A DNA stretch of 64,000 bases, taken from positions 26,972,001 to 27,036,000 of the forward strand of contig NC_058369.1 in assembly GCF_018350175.1 (NCBI RefSeq), given 5' to 3'. This DNA is from Felis catus (lineage: Eukaryota). The notes under the pieces are model-generated. The model was given only the letters and a program-made list of their open reading frames with translations. It did no database searches and was not told where the DNA came from. Positions 13,139 to 26,920 of the stretch are shown here, piece after piece. Numbering within the stretch: the stretch's first letter is position 1; each line of letters opens with the position of its first letter. The position numbers and the translations under genes are program-made.

Positions 13139-13739
13139 AAGTTGTGAGACAAAGTTCTTCTTCTCCTCCTTCTTTCTTCCCATGGATATCCAATTCTAGT
13201 GGCATGTGTTGAAAAACTATCCTTTATATATTGAATTGTCAATGCATCTTCATTGAAAATCAGGTTTTATATATTTGTGAATCTATTTCTGGACTTTGTA
13301 TTCTGTTCCATTGACTGTCTTTATACCAACACTATACTGTTTTGATCACAGTAGCTTTAGAATAAATCTTAAGATCAGGCAATACTAATTCTCCCACTTT
13401 TTTCTTTTTAAAAGTTGTTTAGGTTATTCAAGAACCTTTGAATTCTACATAAACTTTAGACTAAATTTGTCAAATTCTGCTAAAAAAGACTGCTGGGGTT
13501 TTTATTGGAATTGCATTGAACCTATAGACTAATTTGGGGAGATTGATGTCTTATCAGTATTGACTCTTCTGGCTTATAGACATGGAATGTATTTCCATCT
13601 ATTTAGGCATTCTTTAGTTTCCCTCACAAGTGTTTTGTAGTTTTCAGTGTATAGGTCTTACATAACTTTTCTAAGATTTATTTCTAATATTTTGCCTTTT
13701 AAATAACATTATAAATTGTATTTTAATGTTTCAATTTCT

Positions 13740-13953
13740 TTTTTTTTTTCAACGTTTATTTATTTTTTTGGGACAGAGAGAGACAGAGCATGACGGGGGA
13801 GGGGCAGAGAGAGAGGGAGACACAGAGTCGGAAACAGGCTCCAGGCTCTGAGCCATCAGCTCAGAGCCGGACGCGGGGCTCCAACTCACGGACCGCGAGA
13901 TCGTGACCTGGCTGAAGTCGGACGCTTAACTGACTGCACCACCCAGGCGCCCC
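13740..13953 (-). mobile_element. Young felid-type Can-SINE (SINEC_Fc-like)
   Basis: CpG-rich near-consensus copy; perfect 16-bp TSD TAATGTTTCAATTTCT at 13724-13739 and 13954-13969. Confidence 0.97.
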
Positions 13954-15344
13954 TAATGTTTCAATTTCTGACTGTGTATTCCTACTATATAGGAATAGAA
14001 TTAAGTTTTGTATATTGATCTTGTTTCCTGTAAGCTTGCTAATGTCAGTTATTTGTTCCTGTAGCATTTTGTGTATTTCATCACATTTTATGCATAGATG
14101 ACCAGGTCATCTATGAATAAAGACTTTTTGTACTTTTTTCTTTCCAATATTACATGCCTTATTTCTTTTTATGGTTTTATTTTATAACTGGTATCTTCAG
14201 TGTATTGTTGAATATAAGTGTTAAAGTGTACATCCTTGCCATGTTCCTGATTTTACAGGGAATGCATTCAGTCTCTTAGCATTAAGTATTTGGATGTTAT
14301 AGGTTCTTCACAGGCATCTTTTATTAGGTTGAGAAAGTTACATTCTGTTTAGTTTGCTGAGAGTGTTTAACAAATGATGCTGTAAATATAAAGACAAATA
14401 AATTAAAAGAAAAAGGATGAAAAAAGACATAGCATTCTGTCACTAATGGAAAGAAAGCTGGGGTGGATATATTAATATTGAAGTAGATCTCAAGGCAAAG
14501 AATATTAATAAAGATAAAGAAAATCATGGCATAATAATAAAAGAGTCAAGTCATCAAAAGGACATAATAATTATAAACATTTATAAACATGATGACAGCA
14601 CTTTAAAATATAGGAAGCAAAATTGATTGAGCTGCAAGGAGAAATAGACAAATCCACAATTAATAGAGTTTGTGTACACCTTTGTGAATAATTGAGAGAG
14701 TAACTGTACAGAAAGTCCACAAGAAATAAGAGACTTAAAAATACTATGAGCAACAAACAGTTAAAAAATTTAGTAAGCAATAAGATACTGTTCACAAGAA
14801 AGTAGAATGGTGGTTGCCAGAAGCTGGGGGAGGGGCAAGTGGGGAGTTATTTCATGGGTATAGAATTTCAGTTTGCAAGATGAAAAAGCTATGGAGATTA
14901 CACAACAATGTAAATGTACTTATACTACTGAGCTATATACTCCAAAATGGTTAAGATGGTAAATTTTATGTTATATGACTAAAAAAATTGGCATCTGCTA
15001 ATTAGGATTATAAACAATTTCCTGTAAAACAGGTAATACATACTATATGATAAAAACCAAAAGAGGTAATGTTTATAATAATACCTAGAAATAGGCATAT
15101 TTCTGCAAATATTTGCAGATTCTTTATGAGGAGCAGTATAAAAGTTTATTGTGAGATGTTAAAAAAGACTTAAATTAAGGATGGCATATGTCATGTTTAT
15201 GAACTAGGGATTTAAATATTTTTTTAAGATCAGTTATCTCCAAATAGATGTATCAATTCAATGCAATTCAAATCAAAATCACAAAACGTATTTTCTGAGG
15301 AATTTGATAACTTGATTCTAATATTTATTTGCTAAAAGTCATGA

Positions 15345-15563
15345 GGGGTGCCTAGGTGTCTCAGTTGGTTACATGTCCGATTCTTGGTTTTGGCTCAGGG
15401 CATGATCTCATGGTTTCATGAGTTTCAGCCCCACGTTGGGTTCTGCACTGGAAGTGTGGAGCCTGCTTGGGATTTTCTCCTCACCTGTCTCTGACCCTCC
15501 CCTACTCATGCTGTCTCTGTCTCTTTCAAAATAAATAAATAAACTAAAAATAAAGAAAAAGAA
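15345..15563 (+). mobile_element. Can-SINE
   Basis: SINE head, CT tract, A-rich tail. Confidence 0.93.
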
Positions 15564-16691
15564 AAGAGCCATGAATAACCAAAACACTATTTAAAAAAAG
15601 GTGATAGACTTGCTCTAGGAGAGCTTAAGAATTATTAAAAAGCTAGAGTAATTAAGCCAGTGTGGCATTAGTGTAGAAAAGACAAATCAACCAATGGAAT
15701 ATGGTCATTTGATATATGACAAAATGTTCATTGTAAAAAAGTTGGTAAAGAATAATCTTTTCAATAAAGGTTGCTATGACAATTAAGTATCCATACAAAA
15801 AAACCCCACCAAAGTTATATTCTTAAAAAAATTATTTTAGGTGGAATAACATCTATCATGACAGGCAAAACAAGAGAATCTTCTAGTGGACAAACAGATG
15901 AATATCTTCATGATCATAGAGTACATAAAAGTTCCATTTAAGAGGACACAAAACTTGTTAAATATAAAGGAACATATTTTTAAAATTACCTACATTAAAA
16001 TTATGAACTTGTATTCATCAAAAGATACTACAAAGTGACTGAAGAGATAAGCCACAGAACAGAAGATATTTCTAGCACATATGATCAACAAAATATTCAT
16101 ATGCAGAATATATAAAGAACTCCTACTAATTAGTAATAAAAAGAAAAGCAAATAAAATTGGAAGTGGAAACTTAAAAAAATGGGAATTTCAAAAAAGAAG
16201 AAATCCAAATGGCTAATGAACATGTGGAAAGGTGCCCATTCTTATTAGTACTAGGGGAATACAATTAATGCCAGTATGAAATATAATTACCACTTAATGG
16301 TTTGGCTTAAATTAAAAAGTTTGACAATAAATAGTGTTGGCAATTATGTGATCCAGTTGGCACTATCATACATTATTTCATGGGGGTGTAAATTAATATA
16401 CCCATTGTAAAGCCCTTTGGCGTATGAAGCACAGTTGCAAATATGTACATACATATGTATAAGATACTTCATAGACACAGTAATGTTTTCTATAATCCAA
16501 AGCTAGAAAGCATCCAAATGTTCATCAATAATAGATTGGGTATATAAATTATGGTACATTTATAGAGTGAAATATTATACATCAGTGAAAACGAAATCAT
16601 CCACAACTACATACATCAATCTTACTAAGATAAAGATTAGACAAAACATAATACATATTATGATTCCACTCATCTAAAGTTGAGAAAACTT

Positions 16692-16880
16692 GGGGCACCT
16701 GGGTAGCTCAGTCGATTGACCTAGGTGGCTCATTTCATGATCTCATGGTTTGTGGGTTTGAGCCCTGTGTTGGTCTTTGTGCTGATAGCTCAGATCCTAC
16801 TTCGAATTCTGTCTCCCTCTCTCTGCCCCTCCCCCACTCATGCTCAATCTCTCTCTGCCTCAAATAAACATTAAAAAAAT
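16692..16880 (+). mobile_element. Can-SINE
   Basis: SINE head and tail; TTGAGAAAAC on both sides. Confidence 0.92.
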
Positions 16881-17761
16881 AAAATTGAGAAAACATCACT
16901 AAATTTATAAAGAAATTATTGTCAGAAAAATCAGGAATGTGGTTACTTCCAAAGGGAAAGGAGAGAGTTTGTTACTGGGAAGGGAAATATGGAGGCTTCT
17001 GTAATGCTAGCAAATGTTTTGACTCTTGACCTGCATAGTGGTTAATGGTTATTGCCTGTTGAAGTACACATATATGCCTTCACTTTTCTGTATGTATGCT
17101 ATGTTTCACACATACCAAAAAAAAATACAAGAATATATCCTGATGAAATCATTCCCTTTTCTCCCAGAAATGCCAGGATGGCTCATTATTAGGAGATCTG
17201 TGAATATAAATAATCATTAGACCTAAGGAGAAGAGTCCTCTCATCACTTTATAGCTACTGAAAAATAATTCATGAAAATTCAGCAGTTGTTTGCAATAAC
17301 AAAATGTGTGCAAGTAAAACCAAGTGAATCTCTTTCTTAACATGTAGTAATTATCCATTTCAACCTAAATGGCAGAATTTTGCTTTGAGGAAAAGTTCTA
17401 GAGATATTCCTGCAGAGATTAGAGAGAGTAATTATGCCCATTACAATCACTAATATAGTACTGTACTGGCTAAACCAAAGCAATTTTTAAAAGCTAAGTA
17501 ATTAATATAAAATCAGAGGAAGAGGAGGAAAAATGATCATTGTTTGCAAAAGATAGAATTTTATATCTGGACAACCCAGGAAATTAACTAGAAAACTGCC
17601 ACAAACAAAAAGGAAATTTCAAAAAGTTGTGAGGATGAAATGATTATTCAGAAATCAGTAGCTTTCCTGTATGCAAACAATTAGCAAACAAGACATATAA
17701 TGGACAAAAGATAGCATTTATAGTGATATCAAAAAGGATTACATATAAGAATAATATTCTA

Positions 17762-17820
17762 TTTTATTTTATTTTTATTTTAGAGGGAGAGTGTGTGAGT
17801 AGGGAAGAGGGGGAGAGAGA

Positions 17821-17862
<42 letters not shown>

Positions 17863-17971
17863 CTAAAGCAGTCTCCATGCTCAGTATGGAGCCCGATGTG
17901 GGGCTTGGAATCATGACCTGAGCCAAAATAAAGAGTTGGATGCTCAACCAACTGAGCCACCCAGGCATCCC
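17762..17971 (-). mobile_element. Can-SINE with expanded (GA)n
   Basis: Antisense head ...AACTGAGCCACCCAGGCATCCC. Confidence 0.93.
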
Positions 17972-18674
17972 TAGGAATAATCATAACAAGAAATGTTGGG
18001 ATGAATGTAAAAGATATGGAATATCCTTGAAAGATAGAAAATAAGTCTCAATCATAGGAAGACTCAATAGTATCATAAGGATTTATATTCTCCCTGAATT
18101 TAATTTTCAACTTCTAAATGTAAAATGTGCTATAGAGTCATACACTTAATAACATTACAATAACAACAGTTTTTAATTGTAAGTAGTTAAGCTAATTGTA
18201 AATTTATATGGGAAAATAAACCAACATGAATAATAAGGACAATTTTGGATGATGAAGGAAGACTAGCCTATCAGATAGTGTATTAGTCAGCATTCTCCAA
18301 AGTAACAAAACCAACAGGTTGCACATATGCCTAGTCACTGTCAGTGGTAAACTAAAATGGGGAACCCAAAACTTGACCTATTTTGCCCTACATTCCTCAC
18401 TTTCCTTCCAAAGGAAGATACTGCTTTTGAGTCCAAAAAAAATTAGTTAAATATTTGGAGATAATTCTTAGGACTGTGAACCAGAATGAGCCCTCAGATC
18501 TTGTTAATTTAAATGAAAACTGCTTGTCAGTGGTGCCTTTGGCAAGAAAGATTTAGTTTACTTTTTGAGAATTTTAAAATCTCCTGATTTGAGTGCTATC
18601 CCAAAAACTGAGGAAAATTACACTAATGGAGGTCTCATGCTCCCCAATTCAAAGCATGCAAACCTATGTAACCA

Positions 18675-18782
18675 AAAAGAAAGAAGAAGAGAAAGAGGAG
18701 GACAAGGAGAGGGAAGTGGGGGAGGAGGGGGAGGAGGAGAAGAGGAGGAGAAGAAAAAGTAGAAGGAAAAGGAGGAGAAAAA
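18675..18782. repeat. Polypurine (GAA/GGA) low-complexity tract
   Basis: Nearly pure purine for ~105 bp. Confidence 0.9.
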
Positions 18783-19001
18783 CTGCCTAGTACTGCCCCA
18801 GCCAACATATCTGGCATTCCATTCCATGTACAAATGTCCACTCATCTGTCACTTGAAACTCCAAACCCCAGAGTTACTACTGGTAAGTACCCATTCTCTT
18901 GGATATTTTTTTCAGAAATATCCCATACATGTATTTGTATATAAAAAACAATTCTTCTGAGTTTTTCATTCTTACTCGATAATATATCTCAGAGAATTTT
19001 C

Positions 19002-19216
19002 TTTTTTTTAATGTTTATTTATTTATTTTGAGAGAGAAAATGAGAGCATGCACATGAGCAAGGGAGGGGCAGAGAAAGAGGGAGAGAGAAAATCCCAAGC
19101 AGGCTCCGTGTTCAGCGTGGAGCCCAACACAGGGCTGTATCTCACCAGCCATGAGATCATGACCTGAGCTGAAATCAAGAGCCAGACACTTAACCAAGTG
19201 AGCCACCTAGGCACCA
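19002..19216 (-). mobile_element. Can-SINE
   Basis: Antisense head; CAGAKAATTTTC on both sides. Confidence 0.93.
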
Positions 19217-19235
19217 CAGATAATTTTCCTTTTTA

Positions 19236-19465
19236 AGGACTCCATGCATTGCAGGTTGTGAGCAAATTGTGTCAGGGGGCTGAAATCCAGCCTGTATACC
19301 ACCTGCATTGGGCTGTGAGAGCTGGGGGTGTCCGGTGGGGAGAAGGGACACCTTTGTCTCATTGTTTTACCTGGGTCTCGGTGGTGTGGAAGAGGTTCTG
19401 CCTTTTTGCAATTGGTTCACCAAAAGAGGGCACACTTTTCCTAACTCACACAAGGGCACTTTTTG
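19236..19465 (-). mobile_element. MER91-like hAT DNA transposon relic
   Basis: TGCAGGTTGTG...GGGGGCTGAAATCCAGCC...ACTTTTCCTAACTCACACAAGGGCAC matches recalled antisense MER91. Confidence 0.65.
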
Positions 19466-20334
19466 ATGAACTATAGAAATGATCCCTGAAAGTATAGTCT
19501 TAAGGGCACTTTGTTAGCAGTAGCCTATTTTGGATGTTTCATGATACATTTAACGGCTCTCTCATTGATTGACACGCTTTTTTGGTCACACTTTCTCCCC
19601 ATCCCTCCCACCAGTACAGCCAGTGCTGCAGTGAACAGCCTTGTGATATTTTAATGCTGGGTGACAGATTAACTTGTGTCTTTGCCAACATGGCCTGTGT
19701 TATTTCCTAGTTTTAACAGACTACAGTTTGCTCACATGCCGTTTCTTACTTAGCATTTCAGACTTTCTTCTACCCTCTTAATCAGTTTTACAGGTGTCAG
19801 ATCAATTCCCGAAGTTTCAGAGCTGCCCCTAACTTTGGCAGTGGCACAGGAAACTGTGTCGGCACCGACACATGTTTCCCCGTATGTCTCAAACAGAAAA
19901 ATTAATAAAAGGAGAGAGGAACGGAAAAAGCATGACATGTGCAACAGGGACTCTTTGGAAAGGAAGCTGCACTTATTGGCAAGGTGATGAAGCCAAGGAA
20001 AAAAGAAAGGCTACCATCTGTGTTTCTTTTCTGAAGTGAAGCTGGAAGGAACTCACTCACAAGCTCTACCGGACAGAACAGTCAAGGCAATGGAATCCGT
20101 CTATTCTCCCTGAAGGAAGTAAGCATCCAATGCTTGGGAAATTGCAGTTAAATTAAATGTCAAAATACTTTCAGCTGAATTGTCAGGCTCCTCTGCTTTA
20201 ACTGGTGTCATCCACATCCTCATCCTTTCCTCATGACTGCCATCCCCCATATATCAGAGCAAAGAGCACAGACCTCCCACACGCGGGTCCTTCCTGGACA
20301 TCTCAGTGTGCATTGTCTGTTGCATGTGGGACTT

Positions 20335-20965
20335 TTTCTTTTAAAAATTTTGGCAAAATACACATAATGCAAAATTTATCATTTTAACCACCTTGAAGTG
20401 TAAGCTTAGTGGCATTAAGTAGATTCACAATGTTGTGCAACCATCACCACCATCCATCTTCAGAACTTTGTTCATCTTACAGAAGTGGAACTCTATACCC
20501 ACTAAAAAACTCTCCATTCATTCTTCCCACTAGCCCCTGGCAACTTATTACTCTCATGCAAATAAGTCATACAATATTTGTCTTTGTGACTGGCTTGTTT
20601 TTTTCACTTGGGGTGATGTCCTCAAGATTCATCCATGTGGTAACATATACTAAAATTTCTTCCTTTCTAGGACTGAATAATGTGTATGTACCATATTTTG
20701 TTTACCTACTCATATTTAATGGGCATTTAAATTTTTTCCATTTTTTGGCTGTTGTGAATAATGCTGTTATAAACATTGGAGTACAAGCATCTGTTTGAGT
20801 CCTTGCTTTCCATTATTTTAGTATACATCCAAAGTAGAATTGATGGATCATGTGGTGATAACCATTTAATTTTGGGGGAGAACTGCTATACTGTTTTCCA
20901 CAGTGGGTATAACATTTTACATAGCCCCCAGCAATGCACAAGGGTTTTAATTTCTCCACAGCCTT
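20335..20965 (-). mobile_element. L1MB-like 3' end
   Basis: AGTGGCATTAAGTAGATTCACAATGTTGTGCAACCATCACCACCATCCATCT. Confidence 0.85.
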
Positions 20966-21344
20966 GTGTGGCACATGTAACTTTTGACACCATTGACAAA
21001 TGGCTCTTTCCCATGTCTTTCCATTAATTGCATAAAACTTAGAGAGTTAGCCAGCTGTTCTGGAAAACTGTCTAAAGTTGACCCTCAAAGTCCTCTATTC
21101 AGAAATAGATAAAGCGTATACAATGCCTGTCAAAGGGACTAATAAATATTCAAATTGTTATTTTCCTTCTGTATATTTAATTCATTCTTCTTTTCTTCTC
21201 TCTTTTTTGACATCATTACCATTTTCCTTATAGTGAGGATCCATACTCTGTATGATAGTGGGTATAAAATAGTTAAATTAAAACTTCTGGACTCCTGCAA
21301 GAAATGTCAAGAAATGGAATTCTGCTTTTGCACCTACTGGACAC

Positions 21345-21589
21345 TTTTTTTTTTAAAGTTTATTCATTTATTTTGAGAGAGAGAGGGGGAGAGAGAGAGC
21401 GAGAGAGAGAGAGAGCACACGTCAGCGGGGGAGGGAGAGCAGTGAGGGAGGGAGAGAGAGAATCCCAAGCAGGTTCCACGCTGTCAGTGCAGAGTCCGAT
21501 GGGGGGTCCGAACCCAGGAACTGCAAGATCATGACCTGAGCCAAAATGAAAAGTCAGATGCTTAACTTACTGAGCCACCCTGGTGCCCC
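21345..21589 (-). mobile_element. Can-SINE
   Basis: Antisense head, (GA)n, T tail. Confidence 0.93.
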
Positions 21590-22545
21590 TTCTGATCACT
21601 TTTCAATTTAGACTCTACTTGGCCGTTACTTTTTGTCAAGAAGTAAGCAAGGAAACATAGATTATCACAAAGCAAAGAACAAGGTGCAAAACCCAGAGGC
21701 AGATGGAATGGCAAGAGACATATAGCAAGGGCACAGAGAGAGAGAGGACCTGTCCTGGCTCATAAATAGAGGCTGATGGTCCCAAATGGCAATTGGCAGG
21801 CTACATTGGAACAAAGCCACACTTAACTTCAATATGCCAATTGACACATTCCCTACCTAAGAGATTGCAACATTTCTGCAATAGTAATAAGTTCCCTGAC
21901 AGTGGAAATCAGAGTGTTAAGAGCAGCCTGTGACATGGGAGGAGGAGCAGCAGGACTGTAGCAAAAACAATAACAATAATAAAAGTGACCATTTATTAAA
22001 CTCTATGTGCAAAGTTTGCACCATATTATTAGGCACCACCTGATGATGATGATAATGCAAATGCTTTTAATATAATCTTTTTGAATCTTCACTACGTCCC
22101 TATTTTATCAACTAGGTTCAGACAGTAATATATCCCCAAATCCCAGTACTTTAGTATGTCCTTTTAAGACTATTTAAATGCATTGTAATGTAATTTAAAG
22201 GCTAATTCTGCAACTTTTAACAAAATGCACTGTTTTATTTTACAATGAGACCCTTGGGTAGACTGTATTTTTCTGATTATTCTCTGAATTAGGATACTTT
22301 GCAATATCTTTTTCACCCCAGTCATTTATTTTTCTTCCAAACTTTTGGTCATTTTGAAATTTGGGAATATTTCTTTTAGTTTTTTGTTATAGACTTTAAT
22401 TTTGACATATCTTTCCTCTTCTCCAAAATGCACAGAGGTGTTTTAATAGAATTAAAATCTGGATTAGGAAAAATAAATATGGTTTATTAGGAAATGAACG
22501 TTTTAGGGTATTCAAGTCAAACTATCTAGATGACCCTTTGCTTTT

Positions 22546-22716
22546 TTATTTTATTTTATTTTTTTAGAAAGAGAGTGTGTGAGTGGAAGAGAGGGGCAGA
22601 GGTAAAGAGAGAGAGAATCTTAAGCAGATGTGGGGCTTGATTCTATGGTCCTGGGATCATGACCTGAGCTGAAATCAAGACCTAGAGGCTTAACCAGCTG
22701 AGTCACTCAGGCACCC
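22546..22716 (-). mobile_element. Can-SINE with internal deletion
   Basis: TSD TGACCCTTTGCTTTT at 22531-22545 and 22719-22733. Confidence 0.93.
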
Positions 22717-24433
22717 TGTGACCCTTTGCTTTTGTGTGGTGCCTGACCAGTGTAGGTTGGATTGTCTTTAACAAGGAAAACCAAAATGAAAGAAAGAAAA
22801 GAAGGAAACAAGCAAGGAAGAAGAAACCATTTTGATGAGACGAAAATTTGAAAAGACAAATTTATTTCCCAATAAAATCAAGTTAAAAAGCCAATTTATT
22901 TTACTAGATAACCTCTCTCTTTGCTAAGAAATTTCTAGAGAAAGGATATTATTAAATAGTATTAGCTATTCTGATTTGCATTAAATTTTGGTTTGCTTAT
23001 TAAGTAAAATTTTGTGCAGTTTCATCTTGCCACATTCTGGTATGGTAAATCTAAGTGTTTAAAGATTTTTCTTTTCACTGGGTATTTTAAAGAATTGAAA
23101 ATTTCTTGTATTAGAGAGAGACAGAGACAGAGGGTGGGAGAGAATAGAGAGCATGAACCGTGGCGATTGACAAACTGGCAGAGAAGCAGATGGGAAGATA
23201 AGTCTTTGGTCTATACATTCCCAGCTGGCTTTGGGGGATAAATTCTCTGAGGTGGAATGGGTGGCCCTATTGTTCTTTCTGCTGAAATTTTTTCTTCAAG
23301 CTGAGAGATCATGAGAAAAAGGCAGCTTTATCTTTTCTGATGGTGTGTTTAGATGGTCCCCTTAGTTAATTTTAGCTCAATTTTAAAAAAGCCTATTTTT
23401 TAAATGAGTTTTTAATGCCTTTCCTATACTCAGGTGGTCTTTTGCAATGACCCGGACAGTAGCAGAAAGAAAGGGTGCAAATGCTTGAGGCCCGACCACT
23501 TCCCTAAGGCCAAATATATTATCCTTTTGGATAGGTCTTGTGAACTTCTGTAAGAAGAAGAAAAGAAGGAAAATCTGTTCACCTTTTATCTTAATAATGT
23601 ATCAAACCAGAAAGAAAGAAACCTCCAGGGAGAAAGAGAAAGATCACAGTGCTTTGTTTCAACCAACAAAACTCAGGCTCAAACAAAGAATAAAAATATT
23701 TCTGGAGGCATATTGTGCCCACCAGGCATTTTGTTGTAATTAGGGAAGAGTCATACAAGGCCACTGGAGTGACTAAAACTACAGCTATATTGGCTTTCCT
23801 CTTTGATGACTTTTATTTATTTTGTTTTTTGAAATTAATTTGAGGTATGTATGTGTTTGTGTGTGTGATCATAGCAGTGATCTGACAGTAAATGATCTGT
23901 TTATACAAATTATAAGAGTTGAAGAGATAGCAAACTTGCCTCAAAAGATTAAAAAAAAAGTTCATAGGAAGGAACAAGTAAGAGCTTATTTCTTAGAATA
24001 TCTACTCTTATGTTATGGGTATGTTTGTTCAGAACAACCAAAAGGATTTTTCAAGCTACATTTGCAGCAAAAAGAAAGGCTTCACCTGCTTGGGGCAGGT
24101 AATGTAATGTTTAACTAATAAGAGAGAAAAGGCAGTGCCTCCCAACTTTGATTTTGCTTTCTGTTTTTCTTGAAGGAGAATGATATTCAAGCCAGAAGGA
24201 TGGACTAAAAATCAGTAAAAAAAAAGATTTAAAATCCAAGGGAGATTTGAAGAGGAGCACTTGGCCATTTACTAGAGCTCAGATCAAAAGTTATAGGCAA
24301 CTCCCATTTCACAGCCCTGATCAAAGAACTGCAGTTGTAGTTGGTAATCTTTGAGAAGTCATGGAGTGTGGGAGAGTTTCCAGAATCCTGGGTAGGGGCT
24401 AGTGTCCTAATTTTCAAAAGGAGAGGGTAAACC

Positions 24434-24478
24434 AACAAAACAAAACAAAACAAAACAAAACAAAACAAAACAAAACAA
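24434..24478. repeat. (CAAAA)n microsatellite
   Basis: Directly visible. Confidence 0.95.
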
Positions 24479-24489
24479 CAGTTGGATGT

Positions 24490-24650
24490 GGGGCGCCTGG
24501 ATGACTCAGTCAGTTAAGTGTCTGACTTTGGCTCAGGTCATGATCTCAAAGTTCGTGAGTTCAAGCCCCACATTGGGTTTTGTGCTGACAGCTCAGACCC
24601 TGGAGCCTGCTTGGGATTCTGTGTCTCCATCTCTCTCTGCCCCTCCCCTG

Positions 24651-24696
<46 letters not shown>

Positions 24697-24724
24697 AATA
24701 AACGTTAAAAAATTTAAAAAAAAA
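24490..24724 (+). mobile_element. Can-SINE with (CT)n(CA)n
   Basis: GGGGCGCCTGGATGACTCAGTCAGTTAAG head. Confidence 0.95.
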
Positions 24725-25859
24725 CATTTTGTGAATAATTGGAGAAAAGAATGTGGTGATGACTCATTCTGAACATAGGCTTTTCAAGTCAGGTCAAAAT
24801 GAGCCTTTTCTTCTGATTATTCATTAGACCAGGGACTGAGAAAATGTCAAAGGCAGCATAGAGTCTCATCATTTGGGGCTCTGTGTGGACTGTCACCTTT
24901 TCAGAAAGGCAATTCCTAAGCGGTTGGTCTAAAGCAGCTATCCAGGTTAATAGCCATAAAATGTTACCTTACTGTTTTTATTTAAGACATTTATTGATAT
25001 ATAAAATTATATTGCAGCGACTTTATTTGTGTATTGCTTGGCTCCTTTCCCACTGGAATGCAAATTCCATGGGGTTGACAGTCTTATGTGTCTTAACCTA
25101 TACTATATTCCTGCCATCTCAAACAGTACCCTAGCAGTAAGCACTCAATAAATGAATGTTGCTTAAATGCACTTTTTTTGATATAAATGATTTCCAAAAT
25201 ATAAATGTGAGGTATAATGATTATTTTGGCAAGCCATTTGACCAAGTGGTCCATTATTTCCTTGATAATGAGATAGAGAAATTTATGGGATGGCTTTATA
25301 GCTGCCAATTTGTGGCTTGGCTGCCAATTATTATAGACATTTCAGACCAAGTAGGGGTAGGGTTAGTTGCAAGACAGATCAGGGGCAGAGGCTGGCTTCT
25401 GATTCCCTTACTTCTTCATTTGTAATTCTATCTATAAACACATGAACATATCTAAATGATGGTACAAGTGGGGGGCTTACACTGATCCCAGAAGGATGCT
25501 TCATCCTGTCAAATTAACCTTCATTTTCTTATGCTTGCGTATCATGTTGCTCATTCTTTTATTTAACATTTATTTCATTCTGCTTTGTTTCATTCTTATT
25601 TATTCTGTATAGTTTATAGTTTTGAATACATTTGAAATTCAAAAGGTAAGGTATGCATTGAAAAGCTTTCCTTTCACTCCATTGTCTGCCAACCCATCCA
25701 CCTCCCCACCCCATAAGAAACCAATGTTATTAGTTTCTTTGTATTCTTCCAAAGATATTTTAGTCTATTTAAGAATACATACACATATATTTTTTATATA
25801 TTAGTATTTATTTTGTCTATGTATCTATCTATCTATCTATCTGTCTCTCTTCTCTCCTC

Positions 25860-26024
25860 TTTTTATTTTCTTTCCCACAAGCAGGGGAGGGGCAAAGGTG
25901 GAGAGAGAGAGCATCTTAAGCAGGCTCCATGCCCCACATGGGGCTTGATCTCACCACCATGAGATCATGACCCGAGCCGAAATCCAGAGTCTGACACTCA
26001 ACTAACTGAGACACCCAGGCACCC
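25860..26024 (-). mobile_element. Can-SINE within an old antisense L1ME-like stretch (~25600-26680)
   Basis: Antisense SINE head; surrounding T-rich L1M-like sequence. Confidence 0.85.
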
Positions 26025-26704
26025 CTCCCCTCTTGTTATGCAAATAGCATACTATGTATACTGTTCTGTACTTTTATTGTCCACAGATGTTTTAGAGAAA
26101 ACTTCCATACATGTCCCTCAAGTATGTCCTCATTCCTCTTTTAGTGATGCACAATATTCCATTTTTTGGCTGTTTCATAATTTCTTTAACCTATCCCTTA
26201 ATGATGGACTAAAGTTTTTCCACATCGTTTACTATTTTAAATATAGCTGTAGTGGATAACCTTGTATGTTATGTCATTTCACATCTGAGCAAGAGTATGT
26301 TTGTCTTCAGGGAAAAAAAAATTATAGAGGTAAAATTGCTGAGACATGTATTTGTAATTTTGGTAGATGTTGCTAAATTTCTCTCCAAAAGGGAGGGTAC
26401 CAGTGCATATTCCCTGTTCCCCCACATTCTTGCTAATAGAGCTGTTTTAGTTCTGAATTATGTCTTTCTATTATTAATACGGCTGGTCATCTTTTCTGTA
26501 TTTGAGATCCATCTTCATTTTTTGGCTTGTTTATGTATGTGCTTTGCCCATTTTACATTTGGATTACTGTATTTATTCATTTTCAGAATTTGTTATAGTT
26601 TTAGGAAATTAGCTTTTTGAGGGAGATATGGATCACATATATGTTGTAGTAGAAAATTCTTCTCCATATGGTTTCTGTCCATCTCTTTCCTAAGTTTATT
26701 CTTT

Positions 26705-26920
26705 TTTAAAAAATTTTTTTAATGTTTATTTTTGAAGGAGAGAGAGAGACAGAGTGTGAGTGGGGGAGGGGCGGAGGGAGAGGGAGACACAGAATCCGAA
26801 GCAGGCTCCAGGCTCCGAGCTGTCAGCACAGAGCCCGACGCAGGGCTCGAACTCACAAACCACGAGATCATGACCTGAGCCAAAGTCAGACACTCAACCG
26901 ACTGAGCCACCCAGGCACCC
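26705..26920 (-). mobile_element. Can-SINE with perfect ~20-bp TSD
   Basis: CTTTCCTAAGTTTATTCTTT at 26685-26704 and 26921-26940. Confidence 0.97.

Larger units (their letters stand above)
10020..14375 (-). mobile_element. Old L1M element (3' UTR to RT region), interrupted by two SINEs and a younger L1
   Basis: Antisense L1M 3' end (ACCACAATCAAGATAATGAATATATCTATCACTCCCCAAAG...), resumes after ~13140 and runs into ORF2-like sequence. Confidence 0.8.
14385..17125 (+). mobile_element. Mosaic of old L1M fragments (EN region ~14385-14795; a 3' end ~14800-14985; ORF2-3' UTR ~15050-17125)
   Basis: AAGAAAGCTGGGGTGGATATATTAATA, GGAGAAATAGACAAATCCACAAT, GGTTAAGATGGTAAATTTTATGTTAT, CCAAATGGCTAATGAACATGTG L1-like motifs. 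Confidence 0.75.

Noticed and set aside
18565..18845. Gly/Glu/Arg- or Pro-rich ORFs
   Set aside because: Products of a polypurine low-complexity tract.
25156..25425. 89-aa and similar 60-120-aa ORFs in unique DNA (e.g. 43584-43904, 62767-63120)
   Set aside because: No recognisable domain, mostly non-ATG starts, lengths compatible with chance.
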